Below are positions 63,999 through 64,000 of a DNA stretch of 64,000 bases, piece after piece. Numbering within the stretch: position 1 is the stretch's first letter; each line of letters opens with the position of its first letter. The notes below the pieces were generated by a model. The model saw nothing but the letters and a program-made list of their open reading frames with translations. It did no database searches and was not told the DNA's origin. The position numbers were made by a program, and so were the translations under genes. The stretch comes from an uncultured Gammaproteobacteria bacterium (lineage in GTDB: Bacteria; Patescibacteriota; Microgenomatia; Levybacterales; UBA12049), in the NCBI GenBank assembly GCA_964562445.1, contig CAZLSZ010000001.1, forward strand, positions 10,755-74,754, read 5' to 3'.

Positions 63999-64000
63999 TG

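Overview
The window is a 64-kb low-GC (~40%) bacterial segment with compact, often overlapping genes. The ribosomal clusters lack rpmD (L30) between rpsE and rplO, and several ribosomal proteins carry K/E/A-rich extensions; together these are typical of Candidate Phyla Radiation / Patescibacteria-like genomes. The first 19 kb is a tuf–S10–spc–alpha superoperon: tuf (5' partial), rpsJ, rplC, rplD, rplW, rplB, rpsS, rplV, rpsC, rplP, rpmC, rpsQ, rplN, rplX, rplE, rpsN (Zn type), rpsH, rplF, rplR, rpsE, rplO, secY, adk, a P-loop kinase, cmk, map, infA, rpmJ (missed by the ORF track), rpsM, rpsK, rpsD, rpoA, rplQ, rplM, rpsI. The accessory sequence that follows holds five things. First, a Ser/Thr phospho-signalling and surface-protein island (GIY-YIG, Hanks kinase, tail-anchored acidic protein, 864-aa glycine-zipper/coiled-coil protein, 723-aa LysM protein, 800-aa tandem-PP2C protein, small membrane proteins, a beta-helix membrane protein). 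Second, metK behind a riboswitch-like leader whose terminator sequesters the SD. Third, two Cas4/RecB-type Fe-S nuclease domains, one standalone and one fused to a UvrD helicase. Fourth, FKBPs, DsbA, YbaK, tRNA-Pro(GGG), recA-recX-rny-hup, an ABC-2 transporter and an unannotated RNase P RNA (rnpB, minus strand, 50275-50610). Fifth, a TraG/VirD4-like membrane ATPase interrupted by an in-frame TAA, a three-gene operon with a novel Cys-rich tandem-repeat protein, rmuC, a CAP-domain protein, tsaD, TraX, DUF192, a cytidylyltransferase and VanW (partial). Two further patterns recur: a dispersed family of nested GC-rich palindromic intergenic repeats, and TGnTATAAT-N6-8-ATG leaderless-type starts. 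No CRISPR array, rRNA gene or transposase was seen. All calls rest on the translated ORF sequences and on motifs I recognised; no database search was possible.
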